Part shown: in pieces, positions 7,704 through 15,412 of the stretch | Layout: every line of letters starts with the position of its first letter | Position numbering within the stretch: the stretch's first letter is position 1 | Source of the DNA: a virus | Lineage: Duplodnaviria; Caudoviricetes | Length of the DNA stretch: 24,720 bases | Virus record (IMG/VR): IMGVR_UViG_3300042301_000822 | Span: 1-24,720 of that record | Strand: one strand, 5' to 3' | The notes under the pieces: generated by a model | Told to the model about the DNA's origin: nothing | What the model saw: the letters and a program-made list of their open reading frames with translations, nothing else | The model's database searches: none | Translations under genes and position numbers: made by a program

Positions 7704-8060
7704 CTAATTGTTTCCGTAAAATTCCATTTGTTCATCATTCAATTCGGTGTCCCCTACCTCACCGATAAAGAACATAAACTCTCCCTCATTAAAGTTATCC
7801 CATTGGTAATCGTTTAACTTGTAGAGTTCTTGTAGCGTAGCCTCGTCACATACTATGGTTACTTGCTTACCTACTAGCGGTGTCTTATTCATTGTGGTTA
7901 CCTCCGCTTTCCATTCCACGTTATCCCAGTTGAGGCTATCCCACGCCTCGCTTGCATCAGATAGTAAGTCAATCAACTTATCTATCTTGCTGTCTGCATC
8001 TTTAACGCTGTCTGCCTCAAAATCTAAGACATCAAACGTAACTGTCGCTGTGTATTTCAT
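7704..8060 (-). CDS. Hypothetical protein (possible fusion of two small ORFs)
   Basis: Start reassigned to ATG 8060 after GGAGGTAACC; a second in-frame RBS + ATG lies at 7892. Confidence 0.7.
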   Translation of the reverse strand: MKYTATVTFDVLDFEADSVKDADSKIDKLIDLLSDASEAWDSLNWDNVEWKAEVTTMNKTPLVGKQVTIVCDEATLQELYKLNDYQWDNFNEGEFMFFIGEVGDTELNDEQMEFYGNN

Positions 8061-8078
8061 TTTGGTTACCTCCATAAC

Positions 8079-8261
8079 CTAGTCATTCACTAGCACATAG
8101 TGCTTTTCTCTTAGGTGTTCACGGAATCTCCGCTTAGCCTCTGCCTTGTCGTAGCCGTAGTAAGTTGTGTGTTCTAGCCACACGCCCCACCCTGCCGTGT
8201 CTCGTACCATTGCGCTTAGTTCTAACGCCCCATTGTGGGGTAGTCTGCGTACTGTAATCAT
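8079..8261 (-). CDS. Hypothetical protein (60 aa)
   Basis: MITVRRLPHNGALELSAMV...YYGYDKAEAKRRF; start at TAATG overlap after GGAGGT. Confidence 0.7.
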   Translation of the reverse strand: MITVRRLPHNGALELSAMVRDTAGWGVWLEHTTYYGYDKAEAKRRFREHLREKHYVLVND

Positions 8262-8401
8262 TACGCCACCTCCCATTCCTTGTGGCATTCCTGACATACC
8301 CAGTCAAGGCTTACGGACGGGACGTTGAATCCACCTCTCACCGAATCCCCACATTGTGGACATTGGTGGAACTGTTGGAACTTAATTAGTTCTTTATACA
8401 T
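8261..8401 (-). CDS. Small Zn-ribbon protein (46 aa)
   Basis: Not in track: MYKELIKFQQFHQCPQCGDSVRGGFNVPSVSLDWVCQECHKEWEVA*; two CxxC; GGAGGT RBS. Confidence 0.7.
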   Translation of the reverse strand: MYKELIKFQQFHQCPQCGDSVRGGFNVPSVSLDWVCQECHKEWEVA

Positions 8402-8434
8402 TTTGAAACCTCCATAGTTTCTGTCGTTGTGTCT

Positions 8435-8494
8435 AGTTAATCGGTGTCCCTGACAGGTGTCAAGGCTATTTGGTATCCGTTATCTAATCGTTAT
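8435..8494 (-). promoter_or_regulatory. Early promoter module (TTGACA plus upstream GTTAT-N6-GTTAT)
   Basis: TGTCAA 8458-8463, GTTAT at 8479 and 8490; minus-strand TTGACA-17-TTAACT. Confidence 0.55.
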
Positions 8495-8496
8495 AA

Positions 8497-8700
8497 TTAG
8501 TTTGTTGCGAGAATAAACATCCACATTATGATGCCTACGATTGCCATTAGGCAGGACAGGGCGATTAAGTTGCTACCTAACCGCCGTGCTTTAGGTGTCC
8601 AATTCCAGTTGTTTGTGCCTCTATTTTCGTAGCATTCGTAACACGTCCACCCCTCTAAGATTAAATCATCATCTAATTCCTTACAGTTGCACTTAGTCAC
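8497..8700 (-). CDS. Hypothetical protein with Cys motifs and C-terminal TM helix
   Basis: CNC...CYEC, hydrophobic C-terminus; GTGA overlap at the start. Confidence 0.6.
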   Translation of the reverse strand: MTKCNCKELDDDLILEGWTCYECYENRGTNNWNWTPKARRLGSNLIALSCLMAIVGIIMWMFILATN

Positions 8701-8882
8701 GGCGTTATCTCCACTCTAAAATCCTCAACTGTTGCCGTGCCGTGCCCGTGTAGGGGCGTTACAACGTAGCGCACCCGTCCGTAGGCTTGCTTTACGTCCA
8801 TAATCCGCACGGCTACCTTAAGCCCGTTAGTTTCTAGTAATGCCTCACGCCCTAGTGGGTGTGCCAGTTCCTTGATGCTCAT
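8697..8882 (-). CDS. Hypothetical protein (61 aa, beta-rich)
   Basis: MSIKELAHPLG...V.IMDVKQAYGRVRY.VTP..G.G; start reassigned to 8882 after GGAGGT. Confidence 0.7.
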   Translation of the reverse strand: MSIKELAHPLGREALLETNGLKVAVRIMDVKQAYGRVRYVVTPLHGHGTATVEDFRVEITP

Positions 8883-9022
8883 AGTTCTACCTCCATAAGT
8901 TCTACGTCCTCGTATCCCTTTAGTTCCCATTCCTCGGCTACACTTTCCGCCCTGTCTAGTGTTCGTAATTCCTTGACCGTGATACCGCCTACGGTAACCG
9001 CCCAACCCATTGTTACCTGCAT
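8879..9022 (-). CDS. Small hypothetical protein (47 aa)
   Basis: Not in track: MQVTMGWAVTVGGITVKELRTLDRAESVAEEWELKGYEDVELMEVEL*; coupled on both sides. Confidence 0.65.
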   Translation of the reverse strand: MQVTMGWAVTVGGITVKELRTLDRAESVAEEWELKGYEDVELMEVEL

Positions 9023-9162
9023 TAGTTCGCCTCCTCTAGTGCGTCTAGTTCGGTGGCTATCCAGTTAATAACGTCATTGGCAGACATTGACCAACCGCCG
9101 AACTTTTCATAAGCCCCGTCTAGTACCTCTTGAATTGTTGTGAACTCTGTTTCTTCTTCCAT
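9022..9162 (-). CDS. Small acidic hypothetical protein (46 aa)
   Basis: Not in track: MEEETEFTTIQEVLDGAYEKFGGWSMSANDVINWIATELDALEEAN*; AAGGAGG RBS. Confidence 0.65.
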   Translation of the reverse strand: MEEETEFTTIQEVLDGAYEKFGGWSMSANDVINWIATELDALEEAN

Positions 9163-9244
9163 TGTGTTGCCTCCTTGTTTGTCGTTCTGGCTAGTTAGCC
9201 AAGCCCTACCCCGTACCCGTAAGCACGGGGGAGAGCCAAGCCCC

Positions 9245-9544
9245 CTAGTCTAGTTCGTACATTGCCACCAATTCGCCGTATACCTTAGGGGCGTAAGCCT
9301 CCTTAGTGACCTTCTCGCCTCCCCAGTAGCCCCGAACCTCTAGCCAGTCCGAACCTCTAGAGTCTAGGGTTACCCAAATGTTAGGACCTCCGAAACTGGT
9401 TAGAATCTCAAGCCCTGTAAGTTCATCATTGCGCTTAATGGTGACTACCTCTAACTGGTCATTGAGCCAGTCAATCACACCGTTACGGGTTAGCCCTTGT
9501 AATTCCTCAATCTGTCCGTTAACTTGCGCCTCTAAGTCTGTCAT
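9245..9544 (-). CDS. Hypothetical phage protein (GGPNIW motif)
   Basis: Start reassigned to ATG 9544 after AAGGAG; 99 aa. Confidence 0.7.
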   Translation of the reverse strand: MTDLEAQVNGQIEELQGLTRNGVIDWLNDQLEVVTIKRNDELTGLEILTSFGGPNIWVTLDSRGSDWLEVRGYWGGEKVTKEAYAPKVYGELVAMYELD

Positions 9545-9621
9545 TGTCTTTTCTCCTTGTTTCTTGGGGCTAGTTACCCCGTCCCGTCCCCCTCCCGAAA
9601 GAGGGGGGCGAGGCGTACCAA

Positions 9622-9810
9622 CTAGACTGGGATTAGTCTCCACTTTAGGGCTGGGTTCGTATGGTGTGGGCGAAAGTTCTTAACCTCCGCTAGACATTCG
9701 GCGCAAACATTCACACGGCTCTTGTATTCCCCTAGGGCTTTTCCTTTCAAGTGATACCAAGCCTCTAAAGCCTCGGCGGATTCAGTTCCGCAGGATTCGC
9801 ATTCGTACAT
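9622..9810 (-). CDS. First early gene, small Zn-binding protein (62 aa)
   Basis: MYECESCG...VCAEC; ATG 9810 after GGAGGT. Confidence 0.65.
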   Translation of the reverse strand: MYECESCGTESAEALEAWYHLKGKALGEYKSRVNVCAECLAEVKNFRPHHTNPALKWRLIPV

Positions 9811-9858
9811 TTGTTCTAACCTCCATTTTTTGGGGGGCTTTTCCCTCCAACAAGAACA

Positions 9859-10127
9859 ACAATACACGGTCTATTGTCCTTGTCAAGCCCAACGACACGA
9901 AACACGCAACCTTTACCAAACTGTTATCTAATTTCATAATGTGGAACTGTGGCTAATGCACACCTTCAAGCCAATGTCAAGGCGACACGCCGTCCGTTAT
10001 CAAATCGTTACCAATTAAATTGTGCGCCCCGAATTGGTGGGGGGAGAAGGTAGGGAGATAGTCCACCCGTCCAAACGTGTTGACATTACTTGTCAAGTCC
10101 GACACGCCGTTGTTATGGAATTGTTAT
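9859..10127 (-). promoter_or_regulatory. Three tandem promoter/operator modules driving the early arm
   Basis: TGTCAA at 9881, 9975 and 10091, each followed on + by CGACACG(CCG) and a (G/T)TTAY-N6-GTTAY pair; the first has TTGACA-16-TATTGT. Confidence 0.65.
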
Positions 10128-10170
10128 AAAGTATTTTCACCCCCCGTAGGGGGTAGGGGTTGGATACAAT

Positions 10171-10213
10171 TCATCCACAACCTTATCCACACCTGTGGAT
10201 AACCTGTGGAAAA
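10171..10213. promoter_or_regulatory. Cluster of four DnaA boxes (oriC/datA-like)
   Basis: TCATCCACA 10171, TTATCCACA 10183, TGTGGATAA 10194, TGTGGAAAA 10205; AT-rich tract follows. Confidence 0.75.
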
Positions 10214-10415
10214 CCTATGACCCCCAGTTGTTAAGGGGTCGGACGCTGTATGTATATGACTCCCATCAAATATTTTTTCCAGTATTTTGTAATTAGGCAC
10301 ACAATTAAAACCCATTAGATAAAGGACTTTAAAAATAGTTTATAACAATTTGGTAACGAAACGTTACAGTCCCTTTGTAACAGGGTTAGTATATATGTAG
10401 GATAAAATAACATAA

Positions 10416-10517
10416 GTGCGCTTTGCGCACACAACCTAATGGCAGCCTTTTGTGGCTGCCTTTAACAACCTAAAGCAGCCCTTTGGGGGCTGCTATTATG
10501 AGCGCCTTTCGGCGCTC
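10416..10517. repeat. Array of four GC-rich hairpins upstream of the terminase gene
   Basis: GTGCGC-ttt-GCGCAC, GGCAGCC-ttttgt-GGCTGCC, AGCAGCCC-tttgg-GGGCTGCT, GAGCGCC-tttc-GGCGCTC. Confidence 0.8.
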
Positions 10518-10589
10518 TTATATTAAGTTCTTTATATCATTTTATTTGAACTTGATATTAGGTGAATGCTTTAGATAGGATAACTTCAT

Positions 10590-12476
10590 ATGGCAGCCAA
10601 AGGCGGTGCAGAGCACCATAATGTGGTACGCCTCAGAGAAGATAAGTCCAAAGTTATAGCCCATGTAGAAACTGGCATTGAGGTGCGAGCCGCTATTGCT
10701 ATGGTGGGGCGCAAGCCCGATGTTCTAAAAAAGTGGCTCACAGACCCTATGTTTGCCAAAAACCTAGAGATAGCCCGAACTGCTGGCTCAGACCTAATGA
10801 AGGTCACGCTAGGCAGCGAGAACGGCAAGAACATAGACTTTGCCACATTCTCCAAAGAGTTCTTAGGTAACGAAGTATTCCCTCACCAGCAGGACTGGAT
10901 TGACGTTCTGGAGGGAAGGGAGCCTAGTTGGCTCCATCCAGCCATGTCCTATGAAAAGGGCAACAAGAACCGTATCTTAATTAATGTGCCACCTGAGCAC
11001 GCAAAATCCACCGTAATCACCGTAGGCTATAGCACCTATCGTATTGCTATGGATTCCAACGTGCGTATCATTGTGGTGTCCAAGACTTTAAATAAAGCCC
11101 GTGAGTTCGTCTACTCCATCAAGCAGCGACTTAGCCATCCACGCTATGCCAAGTTGCAGCAGGTCTATGGACCTTCTGGTGGTTGGAAAGAAGACTCTGA
11201 CACCTGGAAAACCGATACGGTCTACCTAGGTCAAGAAGCCCGTGACTCATCCGAAAAGGACCCTACGCTTCAGGCGCTAGGTATTGGTGGTCAGATTTAC
11301 GGTGCTCGTGCTGACCTCATCATCCTTGATGACGTTATCACTACTGCCAACGCCCACGAGTGGGAGAAGCAGTTAGAGTGGCTCCAGAAGGAAGTAATCA
11401 CCCGTCTGGGTAAGAACGGCAAGTTGCTCATTGTAGGCACTCGTATCGGGGCTGTAGATTTATACCGAGAACTTAGAAACCCAGAACACTGGTCTGGTGG
11501 TGTCAGCCCGTTTACACGTCTGGCTATGCCAGCCGCACTTGAGATTGACGATGACCCAAATAAATGGGTTACCCTCTGGGAGCGCTCAGACCGTCCTTGG
11601 GATGGCGATGATGACGCTGTGCCAGATGAAGATGGTTACTACCAGAAGTGGGATGGACCAGCACTCTTTGCAAGACGTAGCGAGGTAACAGCCTCAACAT
11701 GGGCTTTAGTTTACCAGCAACAGGACATAGACGATGACGCAATTTTTAATCCAACGATTGTTAACGCCTGTGTTAACCGTATGCGTAAGCCTGGTCCTCT
11801 CCGCATGGGAGCGCCTGGACATCCACGGGACGGACAATGGGTCACGCTAATTGGCATGGACCCTGCTATGGCAGGAAAGACTGCTCTAGTTGTCTACGCT
11901 GTAGACCGTCAGTCTGGTAAGCGTCTAGTCCTAGATGCTTACAATATGTCAGACCCAACACCTGGCAAGATTCGTGCAATCATTGAAGACTGGATTAACA
12001 CCTACCGCCCAGTAGAACTGCGTATTGAAATCAACGCCCACCAGAAGATGTACGAGGTGGACGAAGAGTTCCGCCAGTATCTGGCTAACAAGGGCGTAAG
12101 GTTCTCCAGTCACTTCACTGGTAAGAACAAGTGGGACACTGACTTCGGTGTGGCTGCTATGCAGGGCTTGTTTGGCACTATGACAAACGCCAAGCACAAC
12201 CGAGATAACCTTATTGAACTACCAGACCCTCAATACCACGAGGGTATCAAGGCTCTAATCAATCAGTTGATTACTTGGAAGCCTGGAACTCGTAACCCTA
12301 CAGACGTTGTAATGGCTCTGTGGTTCTGCGAGATTAAAGCCAAGGAAATGATTCAGCACTCTGGGAATCAAATCTGGCACGCAACTAGCCGCTTTGTTAC
12401 TCAACGACAGATGGCAAAACAAGCAGTTGTTAATCTTGACGATTTAGCAATGGAACAATTTACAACTTATCTTTAA
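10590..12476 (+). CDS. terL: Terminase large subunit with N-terminal extension
   Basis: PHQ adenine-binding motif, Walker A INVPPEHAKST, G.RADLIILDD Walker B, IVGTR coupling motif, LVYQQ, nuclease IGMDPA and DVVMALW. Confidence 0.93.
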   Translation: MAAKGGAEHHNVVRLREDKSKVIAHVETGIEVRAAIAMVGRKPDVLKKWLTDPMFAKNLEIARTAGSDLMKVTLGSENGKNIDFATFSKEFLGNEVFPHQQDWIDVLEGREPSWLHPAMSYEKGNKNRILINVPPEHAKSTVITVGYSTYRIAMDSNVRIIVVSKTLNKAREFVYSIKQRLSHPRYAKLQQVYGPSGGWKEDSDTWKTDTVYLGQEARDSSEKDPTLQALGIGGQIYGARADLIILDDVITTANAHEWEKQLEWLQKEVITRLGKNGKLLIVGTRIGAVDLYRELRNPEHWSGGVSPFTRLAMPAALEIDDDPNKWVTLWERSDRPWDGDDDAVPDEDGYYQKWDGPALFARRSEVTASTWALVYQQQDIDDDAIFNPTIVNACVNRMRKPGPLRMGAPGHPRDGQWVTLIGMDPAMAGKTALVVYAVDRQSGKRLVLDAYNMSDPTPGKIRAIIEDWINTYRPVELRIEINAHQKMYEVDEEFRQYLANKGVRFSSHFTGKNKWDTDFGVAAMQGLFGTMTNAKHNRDNLIELPDPQYHEGIKALINQLITWKPGTRNPTDVVMALWFCEIKAKEMIQHSGNQIWHATSRFVTQRQMAKQAVVNLDDLAMEQFTTYL

Positions 12477-12484
12477 GGATATTC

Positions 12485-14266
12485 ATGGCACTCTCAATGG
12501 AACAGGTCGCTGACAAGGTACTTTACCTACGCCAGCGATACTCAGTACGTGACCAGCGTATGGCTGATATCACTGCTGTACGCCGTGGTGACATGGTATC
12601 GGTATACCCTGACATGTTCCCTGAGGGCATGAACAAGCCGATGATTGCCAACTTCGTTGACGTTGTTGCTCGTGACTTGGCTGAAGTATTGGCTCCACTG
12701 CCATCGTTTAATTGTCAGACACCTGACGTAACATCTGACAGGGCAAAGAAGAACGCTAACTTGCGTTCCATGATTGTCAACAACTACGTTGAATTTTCTG
12801 GGTTACAAACCCAGATGTATACAGGCGCAGATTGGTATAATACCTATGCCTTCCTGCCGTTTGTTGTAGAGCCTGACTTTGAGGCTCGTATGCCACGCAT
12901 TCGTGTAGAAAACCCATTGGGTGCTTACCCAGAATATGACCGCTACGGACGATGTGTTTCATATAGCAAGCGTTACCTAAAGTCCATTGGTGAACTTATT
13001 GTTGAGTTCCCAGAGTACGAACGCCAAATCCTTGGTGGAAATGACCGCAGAGATATTGACCTCGGCACTCTACTTGATTTGATTCGTTACGAGGACAAAG
13101 ACCAGGTAGTCCTGTTTCTTCCACAGCGAGGAAACCTTCCCCTACGTAAGGCAAAGAACCCACTTGGTAAACTAAGTGTGCGTATTGCCAAGCGTCCAGG
13201 CATTGACACTGAAGACCCACGTGGTCAGTTTGATGATGTCATCTGGGCACAGATTGCTCGTGCACGTTTTAGCCTTCTAGCCATGGACGCTGCTGAGAAA
13301 TCAGTTAATGCGCCAATGGTTGTTCCACAGGATATGCAAGAGTTTGCATTCGGTCCTGATGCAGTTATGCGTACTGCCAACCCACAGGGTGTTCGCCGTG
13401 TTGGTTTAGAAATCCCTATGGGTGCCTTCCAAGAACAACAGATTCTTGAGCAAGAAATGCGCATGGGTGCTCGTTACCCAGAAGGTCGCTCAGGTAGCGT
13501 AAACGCATCCGTAATTACAGGCTCTGGTGTTCAGGCACTTCTTGGTGGCTTTGATTCCCAAATTAAGGCTGGTCAGCAAATCCTTGCAGAAACATTGCAG
13601 GATGTCATGGCACTAGCCATGGAAATGGACGAGAAGTTATTCCCTGGCGAGAAGTCAACACAGATGACTTACAACGGTGCTCCATATGTTTTGAAGTACA
13701 GCCCAGAAAAAGACATCAAGGAAGACTACAGCGTACAGGTGCGCTACGGTCTGATGTCAGGTCTTGACCCATCACGTGCCCTTATCTTCAGCCTACAGGC
13801 ACTACAGGCAAACCTAATTTCACAAGAATTTGTAATGCAGGAACTTCCATGGAACGTAAACGTATCCAAGGAGATTGAACGCATTGACATTGAGAAAATG
13901 CGTGGCGCACTTATGGGTGCACTTAACGCAACCTCAACTGCTATCCCACAAATGGCAGCCCAAGGTCAGGACCCATCGGATATCGTGATGAAGATTGCTC
14001 AGGTAATTGACGCACGCCGCAATGGTAAGACCGTTGAAGATTCCGTAATGGAAGTATTCAAAAAAGAAGAAGTAGAAGAAACGCCTCAAGAAGCACCGCT
14101 AACGCCAGAAGATATGATGGCTGCAATGGGCGGTGCCCCACAAGCAGCCCCAGGCGAGGGTGCTCCAGTTGAAGCACAAGGACCCGATACTATGGGTGGT
14201 GCTCCTGTTGCAGCATCCCCTGGGGCACCTAACATTCAGGATATCTTAGCGCAACTAGGTGGATAA
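12485..14266 (+). CDS. Portal protein
   Basis: 593 aa directly after terL; portal-like size and helical character with a Pro/Ala/Gln-rich disordered tail. Confidence 0.82.
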   Translation: MALSMEQVADKVLYLRQRYSVRDQRMADITAVRRGDMVSVYPDMFPEGMNKPMIANFVDVVARDLAEVLAPLPSFNCQTPDVTSDRAKKNANLRSMIVNNYVEFSGLQTQMYTGADWYNTYAFLPFVVEPDFEARMPRIRVENPLGAYPEYDRYGRCVSYSKRYLKSIGELIVEFPEYERQILGGNDRRDIDLGTLLDLIRYEDKDQVVLFLPQRGNLPLRKAKNPLGKLSVRIAKRPGIDTEDPRGQFDDVIWAQIARARFSLLAMDAAEKSVNAPMVVPQDMQEFAFGPDAVMRTANPQGVRRVGLEIPMGAFQEQQILEQEMRMGARYPEGRSGSVNASVITGSGVQALLGGFDSQIKAGQQILAETLQDVMALAMEMDEKLFPGEKSTQMTYNGAPYVLKYSPEKDIKEDYSVQVRYGLMSGLDPSRALIFSLQALQANLISQEFVMQELPWNVNVSKEIERIDIEKMRGALMGALNATSTAIPQMAAQGQDPSDIVMKIAQVIDARRNGKTVEDSVMEVFKKEEVEETPQEAPLTPEDMMAAMGGAPQAAPGEGAPVEAQGPDTMGGAPVAASPGAPNIQDILAQLGG

Positions 14267-14778
14267 TGACTACAATCATTGCCATCAAAAAGCGTAAAGG
14301 GTTTACCTTTGCTGCTGATGCACAAGTAACTGATACCGAACGACCATACATGCACAACAGCATGAAGAAGGTTGTTGAAGTTGGTGACTATGTTATGGCT
14401 GGTGCAGGTAACTCACGATGCTGTGACGTTATCTTGTACGGGTGGGAACCACCATACTATGACGGAAGCGAACATTACACCTTTATGGTGTCAAAGTTTA
14501 TTCCAGAGATGCGTAGACAACACGAAGAGTCTGGCATCACACTAAAAGAAGATGAAGACTTTGTTTTCCTAGTTGGTTTCAACGGGAGAGTATTTCATGT
14601 CGCTGGTAATTATGCGGTACTAGAAACCAATACTGGTTTGTACGGCATAGGAACTGGCGCAGCCTACGCACTTGGTGCTTTAGCCCAAGGTGCAACTATT
14701 ACAGAAGCAATGAATGTTGCTAAAAAATTTGATATTAATACTGGTGGAAAAATCCAGATAGTTGAAAGAGGACAATAA
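14266..14778 (+). CDS. Proteasome-beta/HslV-like Ntn threonine peptidase
   Basis: M-TTIIA...AADAQVT N-terminus (catalytic Thr1), Lys near position 33, AGAG, GIGTGAAYALGAL and DINTGG motifs. Confidence 0.85.
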   Translation: MTTIIAIKKRKGFTFAADAQVTDTERPYMHNSMKKVVEVGDYVMAGAGNSRCCDVILYGWEPPYYDGSEHYTFMVSKFIPEMRRQHEESGITLKEDEDFVFLVGFNGRVFHVAGNYAVLETNTGLYGIGTGAAYALGALAQGATITEAMNVAKKFDINTGGKIQIVERGQ

Positions 14779-15236
14779 TGGCTAAAGGTGGATATCGTAA
14801 GCCAGCAAACCCTGCTGCAGTATCAGGTCCAGGTTCTCTTTCACGCCGTACCGATGGTGGTCCTATTCAGGCTGCTAAAGAAATTCCAGGTGGCGGTAAG
14901 TACGGGGAACGTAAAGAACTAGCAGACCTACAGGCAGGTGCAGCAATGCAGGGAAATCCAACCCCTAACGTACCATCGCCAACAGTACCTGCTGCCCCAC
15001 CTCAGCAACTAACAAATCTTTTTGCACCAACAGAACGACCAGACGAACCAATCACCGCAGGTGCTTCATTCGGTCCAGGGTTTACTCCAACTCAAGAAGT
15101 TACTGGTCGCTACAAGATGGTGTCTAAGTACATGTCAATGCTTAATGAGCAAGCAAGTAACCCAGATGCACCTGACACATTTAAGAACTTTGTAAAATAT
15201 GTAAATGCTGCAAACGAATTGGATGGTATCGTCTAG
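14778..15236 (+). CDS. Pro/Gly-rich conserved structural-region protein
   Basis: GGYRKP.NPA.VSGPGSLSRRTDGGP...PTERPDEPITAG; TAATG-coupled. Confidence 0.7.
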   Translation: MAKGGYRKPANPAAVSGPGSLSRRTDGGPIQAAKEIPGGGKYGERKELADLQAGAAMQGNPTPNVPSPTVPAAPPQQLTNLFAPTERPDEPITAGASFGPGFTPTQEVTGRYKMVSKYMSMLNEQASNPDAPDTFKNFVKYVNAANELDGIV

Positions 15237-15412
15237 TGAAGTTAGCAAACAATGTTGCAGCATTTGTTAACATGTTTGGTATTTCTGACCCAGACTTTGT
15301 AATGGCATTTGCTACCCTACCTTGGGAAAATGATAACGAGCGTAATGCTTTCATCAACGAACTTGTAAACATCAATAGTGGCGCACTTGTAAAAGAGGAT
15401 GAGAATGAGTAA
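15236..15412 (+). CDS. Small hypothetical protein (58 aa)
   Basis: Not in track: GTG start overlapping TAG; MKLANNVAAFVNMFGISDPDFVMAFATLPWENDNERNAFINELV...ENE*; fills the gap. Confidence 0.65.
   Translation: MKLANNVAAFVNMFGISDPDFVMAFATLPWENDNERNAFINELVNINSGALVKEDENE

Noticed and set aside
23-9683. Plus-strand ORFs in the left arm (e.g. 411-656, 5396-5641, 5946-6230, 9378-9683)
   Set aside because: Antisense shadows of well-supported, tightly packed minus-strand genes.
9859-10130. CRISPR array, given the repeats and a Cas4-like gene
   Set aside because: Repeats are short, degenerate, irregularly spaced and promoter-like; Cas4-like nucleases are ordinary phage genes.
10036-10160. G-rich runs as a possible G-quadruplex
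   Set aside because: G tracts are too few or too widely spaced, and one is paired in a C/G hairpin (10139-10154).
10124-10315. 63-aa minus-strand ORF in the control region
   Set aside because: No RBS; it overlies DnaA boxes and AT-rich regulatory DNA.
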